This document shows, in pieces, positions 30,050 through 39,573 of a DNA stretch of 64,000 nucleotides. The stretch covers positions 24,563-88,562 of the forward strand of contig JBFGZE010000005.1 in assembly GCA_041586955.1 (NCBI GenBank). Direction: 5' to 3'. The stretch comes from Bacteriovoracaceae bacterium. Its GTDB lineage: Bacteria; Bdellovibrionota; Bacteriovoracia; Bacteriovoracales; Bacteriovoracaceae. Each line of letters starts with the position of its first letter. The first letter of the stretch is position 1. The position numbers and the translations under genes are program-made. The notes beneath the pieces were generated by a model that did not search any database, had not been told where the DNA came from, and saw only the letters and a list, made by a program, of their open reading frames with translations.

Positions 30050-31390
30050 TTACTTTATTGAGTAAAGGAGCTTTGAACAATCTAACTCTTGAGATTGTAA
30101 GCAGCTTTCTCGAATCATTTCTGAAATAGTATTTTTTTGATAACTTGTGAGCTTTTGGAATAGCTTTTTAAGAGGAGCGTAATAATAGATCTTAAAGGCA
30201 TCAACATCATCTTCCTTCTTTTTCTGATAAAATAATTGCTCTGTTAACTCCATTTCATATGTCGGGGCGACATAAGTCTTTAAGGTATCCCTATATTCCA
30301 TATTATTAATAAAGTTGAATTGAGTCGCATAGGCCCGTTGTTCATTAATAAAGGCCCGAATTGTCGCATAATCAAGATTATCAATTGCCCCATCTACGAG
30401 TAAAGAACCTAGCTTAGATAATGAGGTGTGATTGGCCTTGGTTAGATGATCCTTAAGGTGATGCATTTCATGAGTTATAATCGAAATATCGCTGGTTGAA
30501 TTTAAAATAAGATGGCCATTGCTTTTCATTCCCTTTCCTCCAAGCTTTAAGGCCTTTGCGTAATCTGAATGGTTGCTTGAAAACGATCCGTATACTCCAC
30601 GGTCGTTGGTACTCCAAAGGATTGATTTTCCTTGGTTTAATAATGCCTTTACTTTTTGATAGGCCCTGTGATCATCAAAGAGGTCATTAAAAGTTGGAGG
30701 TTTCATCAGTTTTACATAAATTCCACGATAGGCCGCTTCTGCAATCTCATTAGGGGAGTAGTAGAATATCTTACCCTCTCCTCCGTCTTGGTAAAAACTA
30801 TTAATTAAGTTACGCTCGTTTTTGCTAATAAAGAAATTGTTTTGAAAAACTCGTTGCTTTGAAATCTCAATTTTTTTTCCATTTTTATTTACGACAGTGA
30901 TTTTTCTTTTTCCCAGCTCTTTAATTTGGTAGGGCGCATAAAATTGATGATTTTTATCGGGGTTTGTTGCAAGGTGATTTTGAGGCAGAATGATAAAATC
31001 ATTAATTTTGTATTGGTTTATAAATTCTTGATAATAATGAGAGAATGCTTCATGAAAAGGTAGCTTTTTTAAAATTTTGTGATGTCTATTATCGCTGTAG
31101 TAGATAAATTGCTTTTTCTTAACTTTTTCAAACTTTCCAAAGATTGTAATGGGGGTACCGCTGTTAGAGACTACCTTTTTTCCCCTATAATGAAACGTTC
31201 CATTGTCAGCAATAAAAATATCAGAGCGTTTATAATCTTCACGAGCTTTATCAAGTTGTTTTGTTAGATCGATAGATACTAATTGGTTAGTGATGCTCAG
31301 GCAATCTTTCTTGGTTGCGCTTGCGAGATTTCTATCTGATAGGGAACTACAAGAGGTAAAAAAAATAATGATAATTAAATATTTTTCCAT
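30050..31390 (-). CDS. Lipoprotein with HExxH motif (putative metallopeptidase)
   Basis: FTSC lipobox; THEMHH...NEQRAY. Confidence 0.55.
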   Translation of the reverse strand: MEKYLIIIIFFTSCSSLSDRNLASATKKDCLSITNQLVSIDLTKQLDKAREDYKRSDIFIADNGTFHYRGKKVVSNSGTPITIFGKFEKVKKKQFIYYSDNRHHKILKKLPFHEAFSHYYQEFINQYKINDFIILPQNHLATNPDKNHQFYAPYQIKELGKRKITVVNKNGKKIEISKQRVFQNNFFISKNERNLINSFYQDGGEGKIFYYSPNEIAEAAYRGIYVKLMKPPTFNDLFDDHRAYQKVKALLNQGKSILWSTNDRGVYGSFSSNHSDYAKALKLGGKGMKSNGHLILNSTSDISIITHEMHHLKDHLTKANHTSLSKLGSLLVDGAIDNLDYATIRAFINEQRAYATQFNFINNMEYRDTLKTYVAPTYEMELTEQLFYQKKKEDDVDAFKIYYYAPLKKLFQKLTSYQKNTISEMIRESCLQSQELDCSKLLYSIK

Positions 31391-31600
31391 AGATTCACTT
31401 TAGCATAGTTTTCAATTGGTTGGAGTAAATTACCTTTTTACGATTAGGGATCTTAAATGAGATATTTGATGGATATGTATTAATCCCTTTTCTAAACTGG
31501 CGAAGGGGAATGATTAAATATTGAATGTATGAATTAATGGCATGGGAAAAGTATGGGAAATGGCCAGAAATGAATATCCTCTTATGGCCTTAATACCAAT

Positions 31601-31885
31601 TTACAGTGAGCAAGAAAAATAGAGGCGTTGATATTGGGAGTCTTGCGGGTCTTTGACAATAGTTTCAAATTGAACTTTTTTCTTTTGACAGAATTGGCGG
31701 ACATTTTTTTTCGCTTGGTTAAGGCGCGCGGATTCCATTTGCTTAAGAGTACCTTGCGGGTAACGAATATATCCCTGCCATAAATTATACTGCTCAAGAG
31801 TTAAATGAATTTGGCGCTGTTTGGAGTGGGGGGTGTTTCCGCAGGAAAAGGTCGCGACAAGGGTAAGCACCAAGAGTAACTTCAT
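31601..31885 (-). CDS. Small lipoprotein
   Basis: MKLLLVLTLVATFSC signal; 2 bp after the radical SAM gene. Confidence 0.6.
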   Translation of the reverse strand: MKLLLVLTLVATFSCGNTPHSKQRQIHLTLEQYNLWQGYIRYPQGTLKQMESARLNQAKKNVRQFCQKKKVQFETIVKDPQDSQYQRLYFSCSL

Positions 31886-31887
31886 TT

Positions 31888-32706
31888 TTAATCCCGATAG
31901 ACAGATAAGATTTTGAGGCCAGTTTCTTTCTCTAAGTATTGCTGAACCTCTTCCGCCCTCTCACGATTAATAGTTTTTAGCTCACGGGTATCATAATCAA
32001 AAATTTTCTTATGATTGCCGCGATTTTCACGATGCCACTCCATGGGGTATGGCCGTTTGGGAGTATTTAATTGCACAATATCAGGGTTGATTCGTTTTAA
32101 TAATCGTGCCAGGTCATCTATATGCCTATCATTTATAGGCATAAACATGGTTTGTACTTCTATCTCACCCTCGAACTCTTCTTTGAGGGCCAGTATTCCG
32201 GTAATGGAGCGCTCAAGGGTGACCCCCGGGGCCGGACGGTTAATTAATTGAAAGGCCTCTTCATTGGCAGCATCAACTTTAACAATAATTTTATCGAGAC
32301 CTAATAATGATTGACGGACATCTGGACAGTAGAGCTCTGTGGCATTGGTCAGGATGTATTGGGGGATCTCTGGCGCCAATTCTCGGACACCCTTAATCAT
32401 CTCACCAATATTGGAGGCGAGTGTTGGCTCACCGCTACCAGAGTAGGTGATAACATCAATATTTTTTTCTTGCTGTAGAACTTCTGCGATATCTGCAAGG
32501 ACATTTTTAGTGGCAACATATTCCTTGCGCAGTGTGGTGATATCCTGTATCTGACCCAATTGGCAATAGAGGCAATTGAAGCTACAAGTGGACCTTGAAA
32601 AAATGGGATCGACACCCAAGCTCATGCCAAACCGCCATGATTCGACCGGGCCGTAAACAGTTTTGGTGTTGGTAAAAAATTGATCTTCCTGAGCTTTATC
32701 ATGCAT
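31888..32706 (-). CDS. Radical SAM protein (COG0731-like)
   Basis: YGPVESWRFGMSLGVD, CSFNCLYC, SGSGEPTL motifs. Confidence 0.9.
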   Translation of the reverse strand: MHDKAQEDQFFTNTKTVYGPVESWRFGMSLGVDPIFSRSTCSFNCLYCQLGQIQDITTLRKEYVATKNVLADIAEVLQQEKNIDVITYSGSGEPTLASNIGEMIKGVRELAPEIPQYILTNATELYCPDVRQSLLGLDKIIVKVDAANEEAFQLINRPAPGVTLERSITGILALKEEFEGEIEVQTMFMPINDRHIDDLARLLKRINPDIVQLNTPKRPYPMEWHRENRGNHKKIFDYDTRELKTINRERAEEVQQYLEKETGLKILSVYRD

Positions 32707-32710
32707 TTGA

Positions 32711-33001
32711 CTAAACCTCTTGGTTGATATCCTGACTATCAGTCAGAACTTCTTGCTCAATGATATCAAAGGTGACCTGCTTTTTTAAGCTTTCTATGAC
32801 AGTCGTAAACTCTGGCAATAGAGACTTATGACCAATAATGTCAATATCCCGATAAAGGCTGCCAGGGGCACTCTTTAAAGTTGAGTAAAAGCATAGGCCT
32901 TCATTGGACTCCAATTGAAAATAAGTGAAGGCACTTTCTTCTTTTGGCATGCGTATAACCATATGAAAAAGTTGGTTATCAGGAAGTTTCATTTTATTCA
33001 T
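32711..33001 (-). CDS. DUF4911-like small protein
   Basis: F.YFQLESNEGLCFYST pattern recalled for this family. Confidence 0.55.
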   Translation of the reverse strand: MNKMKLPDNQLFHMVIRMPKEESAFTYFQLESNEGLCFYSTLKSAPGSLYRDIDIIGHKSLLPEFTTVIESLKKQVTFDIIEQEVLTDSQDINQEV

Positions 33002-33111
33002 GGCCGGCCCCCAAAGGTGATTGACTTCAATCCTACATGTTTTAAAATGGAAGAAGACACAACATGTTGTAATGTTTAGGCAGTATGGTTATAAGTCATG
33101 GAGGACGAAAA

Positions 33112-33900
33112 GTGAAAAGGATTTCAATATTAGGGAAATTTTCCCGTCCTATCCTCATTTTAAGTTTAGTCACCCTTCTCCCGGCCTGCTCTTGGGTAAC
33201 AGGACGTCGGACTTTATTCGGTGAAGGACAAGAGAAAGCGGGTGCTAATGTTAACCAAGCGCCACCGCAGGCCATGGCAACGGTTCCAAAATCTCAATAT
33301 GATGAATTACTAAAGCGCTATGAATTTGCTATGAATCAGCAAAAAATGGACCGGGCACGAACTGGCCCTGTTACAGGTCAGCCCTTGGCGTCACCAGAAA
33401 CATCTCCCAGCTCGGAAGACCCAACTGATCTCATTAATGAGTTAAGTCGCAATAATGACCCTGCTGCAGCTGAAACCATTGATGTCTATGGTCAAGTGAC
33501 AGCAGGAACCTCCGTGGGCCTAACTCGTAGTAAACCTATTATTGCCATTAAAGATGTCAGTGGTATCCAGATTGAGCGTGAGGTCAAGATCCTCAAATTG
33601 GCCAACGAATTTGTCGATATGAATAAATTTGATGCGGCCTTAACAAGAGTTAAGGAATTAGAAAATTCACCTATTGAGCAGATTCAGGTGAGGGCCAAGT
33701 TTCTTTTAGGAGAAATTCTTTTCCGCCAAGGTGAATTTGATCTGGCGATGCAAATGTATGAAGAGATTGTTAATGAGCATGCCTTCTCAGGAATTATTTT
33801 AAAAACCTTAGGACGCCTAATCGTATGCTCTGAGAAATTAAAAGTAAAAAGTAAGCAAGAAAAATATTATTCAATTTTGCATGACTTCTTTCAATCGTAG
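33112..33900 (+). CDS. TPR-containing lipoprotein
   Basis: GTG start after GGAGG; LPAC lipobox; C-terminal TPR (AKFLLGEILFRQGEFDLA). Confidence 0.75.
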   Translation: MKRISILGKFSRPILILSLVTLLPACSWVTGRRTLFGEGQEKAGANVNQAPPQAMATVPKSQYDELLKRYEFAMNQQKMDRARTGPVTGQPLASPETSPSSEDPTDLINELSRNNDPAAAETIDVYGQVTAGTSVGLTRSKPIIAIKDVSGIQIEREVKILKLANEFVDMNKFDAALTRVKELENSPIEQIQVRAKFLLGEILFRQGEFDLAMQMYEEIVNEHAFSGIILKTLGRLIVCSEKLKVKSKQEKYYSILHDFFQS

Positions 33901-33918
33901 AAGGGAAGTGAGGACATT

Positions 33919-36111
33919 ATAAAAAAGGCGTTAATACTTTTTCTTATTTTGATGCAAGCTTCCCCTCAAACTTGGGGGAAGGATGATCTTGACCTTTTAG
34001 ATGATGCTGATATCGACAAGCTTTTTGAAGATGATGCATCTTCTAGTTCTGGTGATGTTGAATTATCCGATATTGAAGAGGTGGATGATCTTGAGTCTCT
34101 TAAGGACGATATTGGTGATTCTCTTTTTGAAGAGCCGGTAAAAGAGAAAACAAAAATAGTTAAGAAAAAGCCTAAGGAAAAGCCTAAGGATAAGAAAGGC
34201 ACGCCATCCGTTGTAGAAAGGCCCATTGAGAGTAAGCAAGCGGATCCTCAGAGCATGGACACCGTTAATGACAAATTATTTATTGATAGCAGTCAATACA
34301 AAACCTCTGATCATAAAGAAAAAGTTGAGGTGTTTGATATTGGGACAGAAGAGAAAAAGTTACTGGAGATGTCCAAATACGTTGAGTCGAAAATTTCAGG
34401 AAAAGAATGGAGTGAAATCTCATCTGCAACTAAAGACGAACAATATACGGTTCAGGAGGGGGACACTCTCTGGTCAATCTGTGGCCGCCTATTCGGATCA
34501 GGGTTTTATTATTCAAAAATTTGGTCATTGAATCCTCAAATTACCAACCCTCATGAAATTGAACCAGGGCTAACCTTGCTTTTTTCTAGTGGTGATGAAG
34601 ATACCTTTCCTCAAGTTGCTCTGGGTGAATTTAAGAAAAATGAGGACGTTGTAGAAGGTGCTCCTGTCTTGGCGAACGAAAAAAAATTTCAATTCGATCG
34701 TTTTGGAGAGGGAACGGTTCCTAATTGGCTGAACGAAAGAAAAGAATTAATTAGTCAGGGTGTTTATTTCCAATTCGCTTCAGATGAAACTTATGAAGAT
34801 TTGGCGAAGTTAGGTAAGGAAGCCCTGACTACAGAACACCAAGCCTATGAGCCTCCTTTAACTGAAATTATTATTAAAGAGCCGGGTGAGCAATACGATA
34901 ATTCGGGTTTCGATAAAAATAGTAAAATAACCTTTAATGTGAAAGAAGGTTTTTTCTTAAATACATTTATGACTTCGAATATCATCCAAGACCTCGGTTA
35001 TATCACCAATATGGCCAAGGAAAATGTTTTTATTCATCAATTTGATAAAATTTATGTCAATTTTGACTCTTCAGTGAATGTGAAACCTGGAGATTTATTT
35101 AGCGTCTATATTCCTGGCGGTCCTACGAAAAATAAAGCTTCTGATCGTTCCGGTCATAAATACACTATTGGTGCTCAGATTAAGGTTTTGCGCCAAATTA
35201 ATAAAAAATGGGAATGTTTAGTCACTGAGCAATCGGGCGTTATTCAACGAGATGATCGTGTCACTCTTTACACTCCTAAAATTCAAAAAATTAAACCCAC
35301 CTTTAATAAGAGAAATATTGAGGCCATCATTATGGACTCCTATGATCAGCGGTCCAACGGCCTATCGTTTGGTGATGTGGTTTATTTAGACCGTGGCCGT
35401 GCTGATGGTGTCGAGCTAGGAACTATTTTCACGTTACATGATTACCAAGACCGTGGCACCGGGCGTCAGATCACTGCTGATCCAACTTATAAGATCGGAG
35501 AGGTCACGGTTATCTCTTTAAGTGATAATTTTGCAACGGGTCTCATCTCTAATAGCTCTCAAGAAATAAAGATTGGCACTATCGCGATTACTAAAACTGA
35601 AGAAGAGGCCGCTTTATCAGATCGTATCCGTACGCGTAAAGACCTACAAAATGTTTACGCTAAGGAAAGCCAGTCTCTCGAAGAATTGGATGTCGAGCTC
35701 AATTTGGACGATTTAAGTAAAGACCTTCTGGAAAAGGCCGACCGCGTTCAATTAACGGAAGACGAGCTTGAAGAATTAGAGCGACAGGAAAGAGAGAAGT
35801 CGGTTATTAAAGATCATGAAAAAGACCTTAATGAATTAGAGCGTCTCGAAGATGAAATCCTAGAGGCCGAAACTCAGATTAATGAGCATAAAGTCGATGA
35901 AGACAAATATTTAGAGCAAGAAAATCTTAACGCAGTGGAAAAGAAAGTTAAGGGCCAAGACAAGGATGCATTTGAGTCTCTCAATGAAATTGAAAAGGAC
36001 ATTGGACTCAAATATATGGACGAGGATATTAATGCCAAAGAAAATCCCTATGGTTTAACTGAATTTGACCTTGAAGAAATCGACGAGTTGTTGAATACTG
36101 AGCAATTGTAA
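33919..36111 (+). CDS. LysM peptidoglycan-binding protein (TsaP-like) with acidic N- and C-terminal regions
   Basis: LysM YTVQEGDTLWSI...NPQITNPHEIEPG and VYLDRGRADGV. Signal peptide extends upstream of the tracked TTG at 33949. Confidence 0.75.
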   Translation: MKKALILFLILMQASPQTWGKDDLDLLDDADIDKLFEDDASSSSGDVELSDIEEVDDLESLKDDIGDSLFEEPVKEKTKIVKKKPKEKPKDKKGTPSVVERPIESKQADPQSMDTVNDKLFIDSSQYKTSDHKEKVEVFDIGTEEKKLLEMSKYVESKISGKEWSEISSATKDEQYTVQEGDTLWSICGRLFGSGFYYSKIWSLNPQITNPHEIEPGLTLLFSSGDEDTFPQVALGEFKKNEDVVEGAPVLANEKKFQFDRFGEGTVPNWLNERKELISQGVYFQFASDETYEDLAKLGKEALTTEHQAYEPPLTEIIIKEPGEQYDNSGFDKNSKITFNVKEGFFLNTFMTSNIIQDLGYITNMAKENVFIHQFDKIYVNFDSSVNVKPGDLFSVYIPGGPTKNKASDRSGHKYTIGAQIKVLRQINKKWECLVTEQSGVIQRDDRVTLYTPKIQKIKPTFNKRNIEAIIMDSYDQRSNGLSFGDVVYLDRGRADGVELGTIFTLHDYQDRGTGRQITADPTYKIGEVTVISLSDNFATGLISNSSQEIKIGTIAITKTEEEAALSDRIRTRKDLQNVYAKESQSLEELDVELNLDDLSKDLLEKADRVQLTEDELEELERQEREKSVIKDHEKDLNELERLEDEILEAETQINEHKVDEDKYLEQENLNAVEKKVKGQDKDAFESLNEIEKDIGLKYMDEDINAKENPYGLTEFDLEEIDELLNTEQL

Positions 36112-36169
36112 GACATGATTTTATGAAAGAAAATTGTGCATTTCGTTAATTTTTTCATTGGAATTCATT

Positions 36170-38701
36170 GTGGCTAAAGAAATATTAGAAGAAAAAGAAG
36201 AAACAGCAGTAGCAAAAACGGCGAAGAAAACGGCCAAGAAAGTAGCAAAAAAGACTGCCAAAAAAACGGCGAAGAAAACAGCAAAGAAAACAGCAAAGAA
36301 AACAGCAAAGAAAACAGCGAAAAAGACAGCGAAAAAAACGGCCAAAAAAACTGCGAAGAAGACCACTAAAAGAGCAATGGGTCCCTACGATCTCGTGATT
36401 GTGGAATCCCCCTCCAAGGCCAAAACAATTAAGAAATATTTAGGAAAGGGCTATCAAGTGGTGGCCTCTAATGGCCATATCAAAGATCTTCCGAAATCTA
36501 AATTGGGAGTCGATGTTAAGGATAACTTTCAAATAGACTTAGTCCCAATCACAGGAAAGAAAGATAAAATTGAGCGTATACAAGAGTTGGCCAAAGGGGC
36601 CGATCATATCTATCTCGCCCCCGATATGGACCGCGAGGGAGAGGCCATTGCCCACCATTTAGCGGAAGAAATTGGCAAGAAGAAGAATATCAGCCGAGTT
36701 GTTTTTAACGCGGTAACAAAGAAAGCGGTACAAGAGGCGATTGAAAATCCTACAACACTTCATAAAGAAATGTATGACTCACAAAAAACGAGGCGAGTTC
36801 TTGATCGTTTAGTGGGTTATAAAATTTCACCTATTTTATGGGATAAGGTACAGAGAGGTATTTCTGCTGGTCGGGTCCAATCCGTCGCTTTGCGTCTTAT
36901 TGTAGAGAGGGATGATGAAATTAAGGCCTTCGTTCCTGAACAATGGTTTTCTATTCATGGAACAATGGAAAAAGATCAAACGGCCTTTGAGTTTAAATAT
37001 TATGGGGAAGAGGCGAGCAAAAAAACTGAGCTTACCGATATCAATCTTGTCAAAAAGATTGTCTCAGATGTTAAAGGAAAGGAATTTAATGTTCTTTCTG
37101 TTAAGAAGAGAGAGCGTCGCCAAAACCCAACCCCTCCTTTTACAACATCTAAACTTCAACAGGAAGCGGCCAATAAATTAGGCTTTACTGCTAAAAGAAC
37201 AATGATGGTGGCGCAAAAACTCTATGAGGGGATTCAATTAAGAGATCATGGCGCTCAGGGTCTAATTACCTACATGAGAACGGATTCGGTTCGAACTGCC
37301 CCAGAAGCTCTGGAAAGTGTCAGAGAATATGTCGATTCTCGTTATGGTAAAGATTTCCTACCAGCGGAACCGAATGTTTATAAAAAGAAAAAGGGGAACT
37401 CTAAGGTTCAGGATGCTCACGAGGCCATTCGACCAACAAATTTATTATTTACCCCAGATGAAGTGCGTGGGGATTTAGAGCCTGACCAGCAAAAACTTTA
37501 TGAACTCATTTGGAATAAATTTATTTCCTCACAAATGAGTCCTGCTGTTATTGATCAGACGACTGTTGGCCTTGAATGTCAAAACCACCATTTTCGAGCG
37601 ACAGGCTCTATTATTAAATTTCCTGGTTTTCGTACTGTTTATTTAGAGGCGCAAGCGGAAAAGGTCTCACGTAAGGGTGGTGGTGAAGATGAAGAGCAAG
37701 TTGACGCAAAATCGGGACTTCTTCCTGATATAGAGGAAGGAACGACTTTAATCCCAAAAGAGGATGCGGCAGAAGTTGAGCATTGGACCAGTCCTCCTCC
37801 ACGTTATTCAGAGGCGACATTAGTTAAGGATTTGGAAGAGAAAGGGATTGGCCGACCGTCTACCTATGCTTCCATTATTTCCAATATTCAAGACCGAGGC
37901 TATGTTGAAAAAATTGAAAACCGCTTTATGCCCACAGAATTGGGAATAGTTGTCTGCCGTATGCTGGTTGAGTCTTTTCCCGAGGTGATGAATGTTGATT
38001 TCACGGCCCAGGTTGAGCAATTATTGGATCAAATCGAAGATGGCGAAATTAAGTGGAAAAAGGTTTTAAAAGATTTCTGGAAGGGTTTTGAAGTCACTTT
38101 GGAAAAGGCCAAAGAGGAAATGAAAAACCTTAAAAAGCAATTAATTCCAACAGGTGTTAATTGTTTAAAATGTAAAGATGGGGAATACCATATTAAATGG
38201 GGGCGAAATGGTCAGTTCTTGGCCTGTTCCAATTATCCCGACTGTAATTCAACCCAAGATTTTAAAAAGGACCTTGAAGGTACGATTCATATCCAGCCTA
38301 AAAATTATTTTCATGATGATTGCCCTACTTGTAATAAGCGCCTTGAAGTGAAAAAAGGCAAGTATGGTCGCTTTGTGCGGTGTGAAGATTACCCCCATTG
38401 CGATACGACCTTACCGTATACTCTTAAATTATCTTGTCCTGAGTGTAAGGTCGGGAAATATGCTGAGAAGAAGAGCCGTTATGGTAAATTTTTCTACGGC
38501 TGCACCAGTTACCCTAATTGCGAAAATGCCTTATGGTCTAAACCTTATGATTATGCCTGTGAGGCCTGTGGTTATGCTGTCATGACCCTTCGTGAAACCA
38601 AGCGAGAGGGCAAGCAATTGCAATGCCCTAAATGTAAGCATAAGGTTGATTACGATAGAACTCCATTTCACCAACCAGAAGAAGAAGGGCTAGAAGCTTA
38701 A
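36170..38701 (+). CDS. topA: DNA topoisomerase I with N-terminal Lys-rich repeat and four C-terminal Zn ribbons
   Basis: IVESPSKAKTI, DREGE, SAGRVQS, LITYMRTD, GIGRPSTY motifs. Confidence 0.96.
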   Translation: MAKEILEEKEETAVAKTAKKTAKKVAKKTAKKTAKKTAKKTAKKTAKKTAKKTAKKTAKKTAKKTTKRAMGPYDLVIVESPSKAKTIKKYLGKGYQVVASNGHIKDLPKSKLGVDVKDNFQIDLVPITGKKDKIERIQELAKGADHIYLAPDMDREGEAIAHHLAEEIGKKKNISRVVFNAVTKKAVQEAIENPTTLHKEMYDSQKTRRVLDRLVGYKISPILWDKVQRGISAGRVQSVALRLIVERDDEIKAFVPEQWFSIHGTMEKDQTAFEFKYYGEEASKKTELTDINLVKKIVSDVKGKEFNVLSVKKRERRQNPTPPFTTSKLQQEAANKLGFTAKRTMMVAQKLYEGIQLRDHGAQGLITYMRTDSVRTAPEALESVREYVDSRYGKDFLPAEPNVYKKKKGNSKVQDAHEAIRPTNLLFTPDEVRGDLEPDQQKLYELIWNKFISSQMSPAVIDQTTVGLECQNHHFRATGSIIKFPGFRTVYLEAQAEKVSRKGGGEDEEQVDAKSGLLPDIEEGTTLIPKEDAAEVEHWTSPPPRYSEATLVKDLEEKGIGRPSTYASIISNIQDRGYVEKIENRFMPTELGIVVCRMLVESFPEVMNVDFTAQVEQLLDQIEDGEIKWKKVLKDFWKGFEVTLEKAKEEMKNLKKQLIPTGVNCLKCKDGEYHIKWGRNGQFLACSNYPDCNSTQDFKKDLEGTIHIQPKNYFHDDCPTCNKRLEVKKGKYGRFVRCEDYPHCDTTLPYTLKLSCPECKVGKYAEKKSRYGKFFYGCTSYPNCENALWSKPYDYACEACGYAVMTLRETKREGKQLQCPKCKHKVDYDRTPFHQPEEEGLEA
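36218..36361 (+). repeat. 12 x 12-bp tandem repeat encoding (T/V)AKK
   Basis: Units such as ACAGCAAAGAAA (three identical in a row); the rest differ mainly at synonymous positions. Confidence 0.95.
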
Positions 38702-39324
38702 TGAGATCTCCAGCGATTGTAGAAGAAGAGGCAAATGGCCTACGTAAAATCTATCAAAAAATTTTAGACAGCTGTAATAGGCCCTATGCCGTTTGGGTTT
38801 TAGGGATTCTCTCTTTTACAGAATCATGTATTTTCATTATTCCGCCGGAGGTCCTTCTTTTGCCTATGGCCTATGCTAATCGCCGGCGCGCCTTATTTTT
38901 TGCCTTTGTGACAACAATAACATCGGTTTTAGGTGCTGTTGCGGGTTATCTTTTAGGATCTTTTTTATGGGAGCAAATTCAGCCTTTGGTGTTTAATTAT
39001 ATTCCAAGCTTCGCCAAGCACTTTGATCACGTTGGCCAATTGTATCAAGAGAATGCGGTCAGTGCTCTTTTCGTGGCGGCGTTTACGCCTATTCCATTTA
39101 AGGTTTTTACGGTGGTGGCCGGTGTTTATTCCACTAAGGTTTCTATTTTAACATTAATTGTCACTAGTTTGGTCGGGCGCGGGGCGCGTTACGGGATCTT
39201 AGCGGGCATCGTCTATATTTTTGGCCCTAAAGCACATGAGATCATTGAAAAGCATTTTAAAATGTTCACCATTTTTATGGCAATCGCTGCAGTCCTGCTT
39301 TTTGTATTGCTTAAACTGCGCTAG
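38701..39324 (+). CDS. YqaA/DedA-like (VTT domain) membrane protein
   Basis: SFTESCIFIIPPE, FTPIPFKVFT, GRGARY motifs. Confidence 0.88.
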   Translation: MRSPAIVEEEANGLRKIYQKILDSCNRPYAVWVLGILSFTESCIFIIPPEVLLLPMAYANRRRALFFAFVTTITSVLGAVAGYLLGSFLWEQIQPLVFNYIPSFAKHFDHVGQLYQENAVSALFVAAFTPIPFKVFTVVAGVYSTKVSILTLIVTSLVGRGARYGILAGIVYIFGPKAHEIIEKHFKMFTIFMAIAAVLLFVLLKLR

Positions 39325-39332
39325 GAAAGAAA

Positions 39333-39361
39333 TTGATTAATCATGGGATCTTCAGTATAAC
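39333..39361 (+). promoter_or_regulatory. Sigma70-like promoter for tRNA-Arg
   Basis: TTGATT-N17-TATAAC. Confidence 0.5.
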
Positions 39362-39397
39362 TTGATTAAGATATGTAGATATAAAAAGCTCATCCAC

Positions 39398-39474
39398 CCG
39401 GAGTTAGCTCAGCTGGATAGAGTCCCTGGCTTCGAACCAGGTTGTCGGGGGTTCGAATCCCTCACTCCGGGCCA
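39398..39474 (+). tRNA. tRNA-Arg(TCG)
   Basis: Acceptor CCGGAGT/ACTCCGG, anticodon arm CCTGG-CTTCGAA-CCAGG, A20 and G73 Arg identity elements, CCA end. Confidence 0.96.
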
Positions 39475-39573
39475 TTTTCCTCCCAAAATGATGATATTTG
39501 TAAAATAGGTTTTAACTTAGTGCTTAAAATCCCCATTTCTCATCCTCTTAGGATATAGGGTTTTATCTAAAAG

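Noticed and set aside
33898..33900. TAG readthrough fusing the TPR lipoprotein to the LysM protein
   Set aside because: The downstream gene has its own RBS and signal peptide, so separate initiation is the simpler explanation.
36218..36361. Tandem repeat as a CRISPR array
   Set aside because: Contiguous 12-bp coding units with no spacers and no cas genes.
36121..36366. Antisense ORF with (VFFA)n repeats
   Set aside because: It is the reverse complement of the topA TAKK repeat, which has no stops on that strand; no independent evidence.
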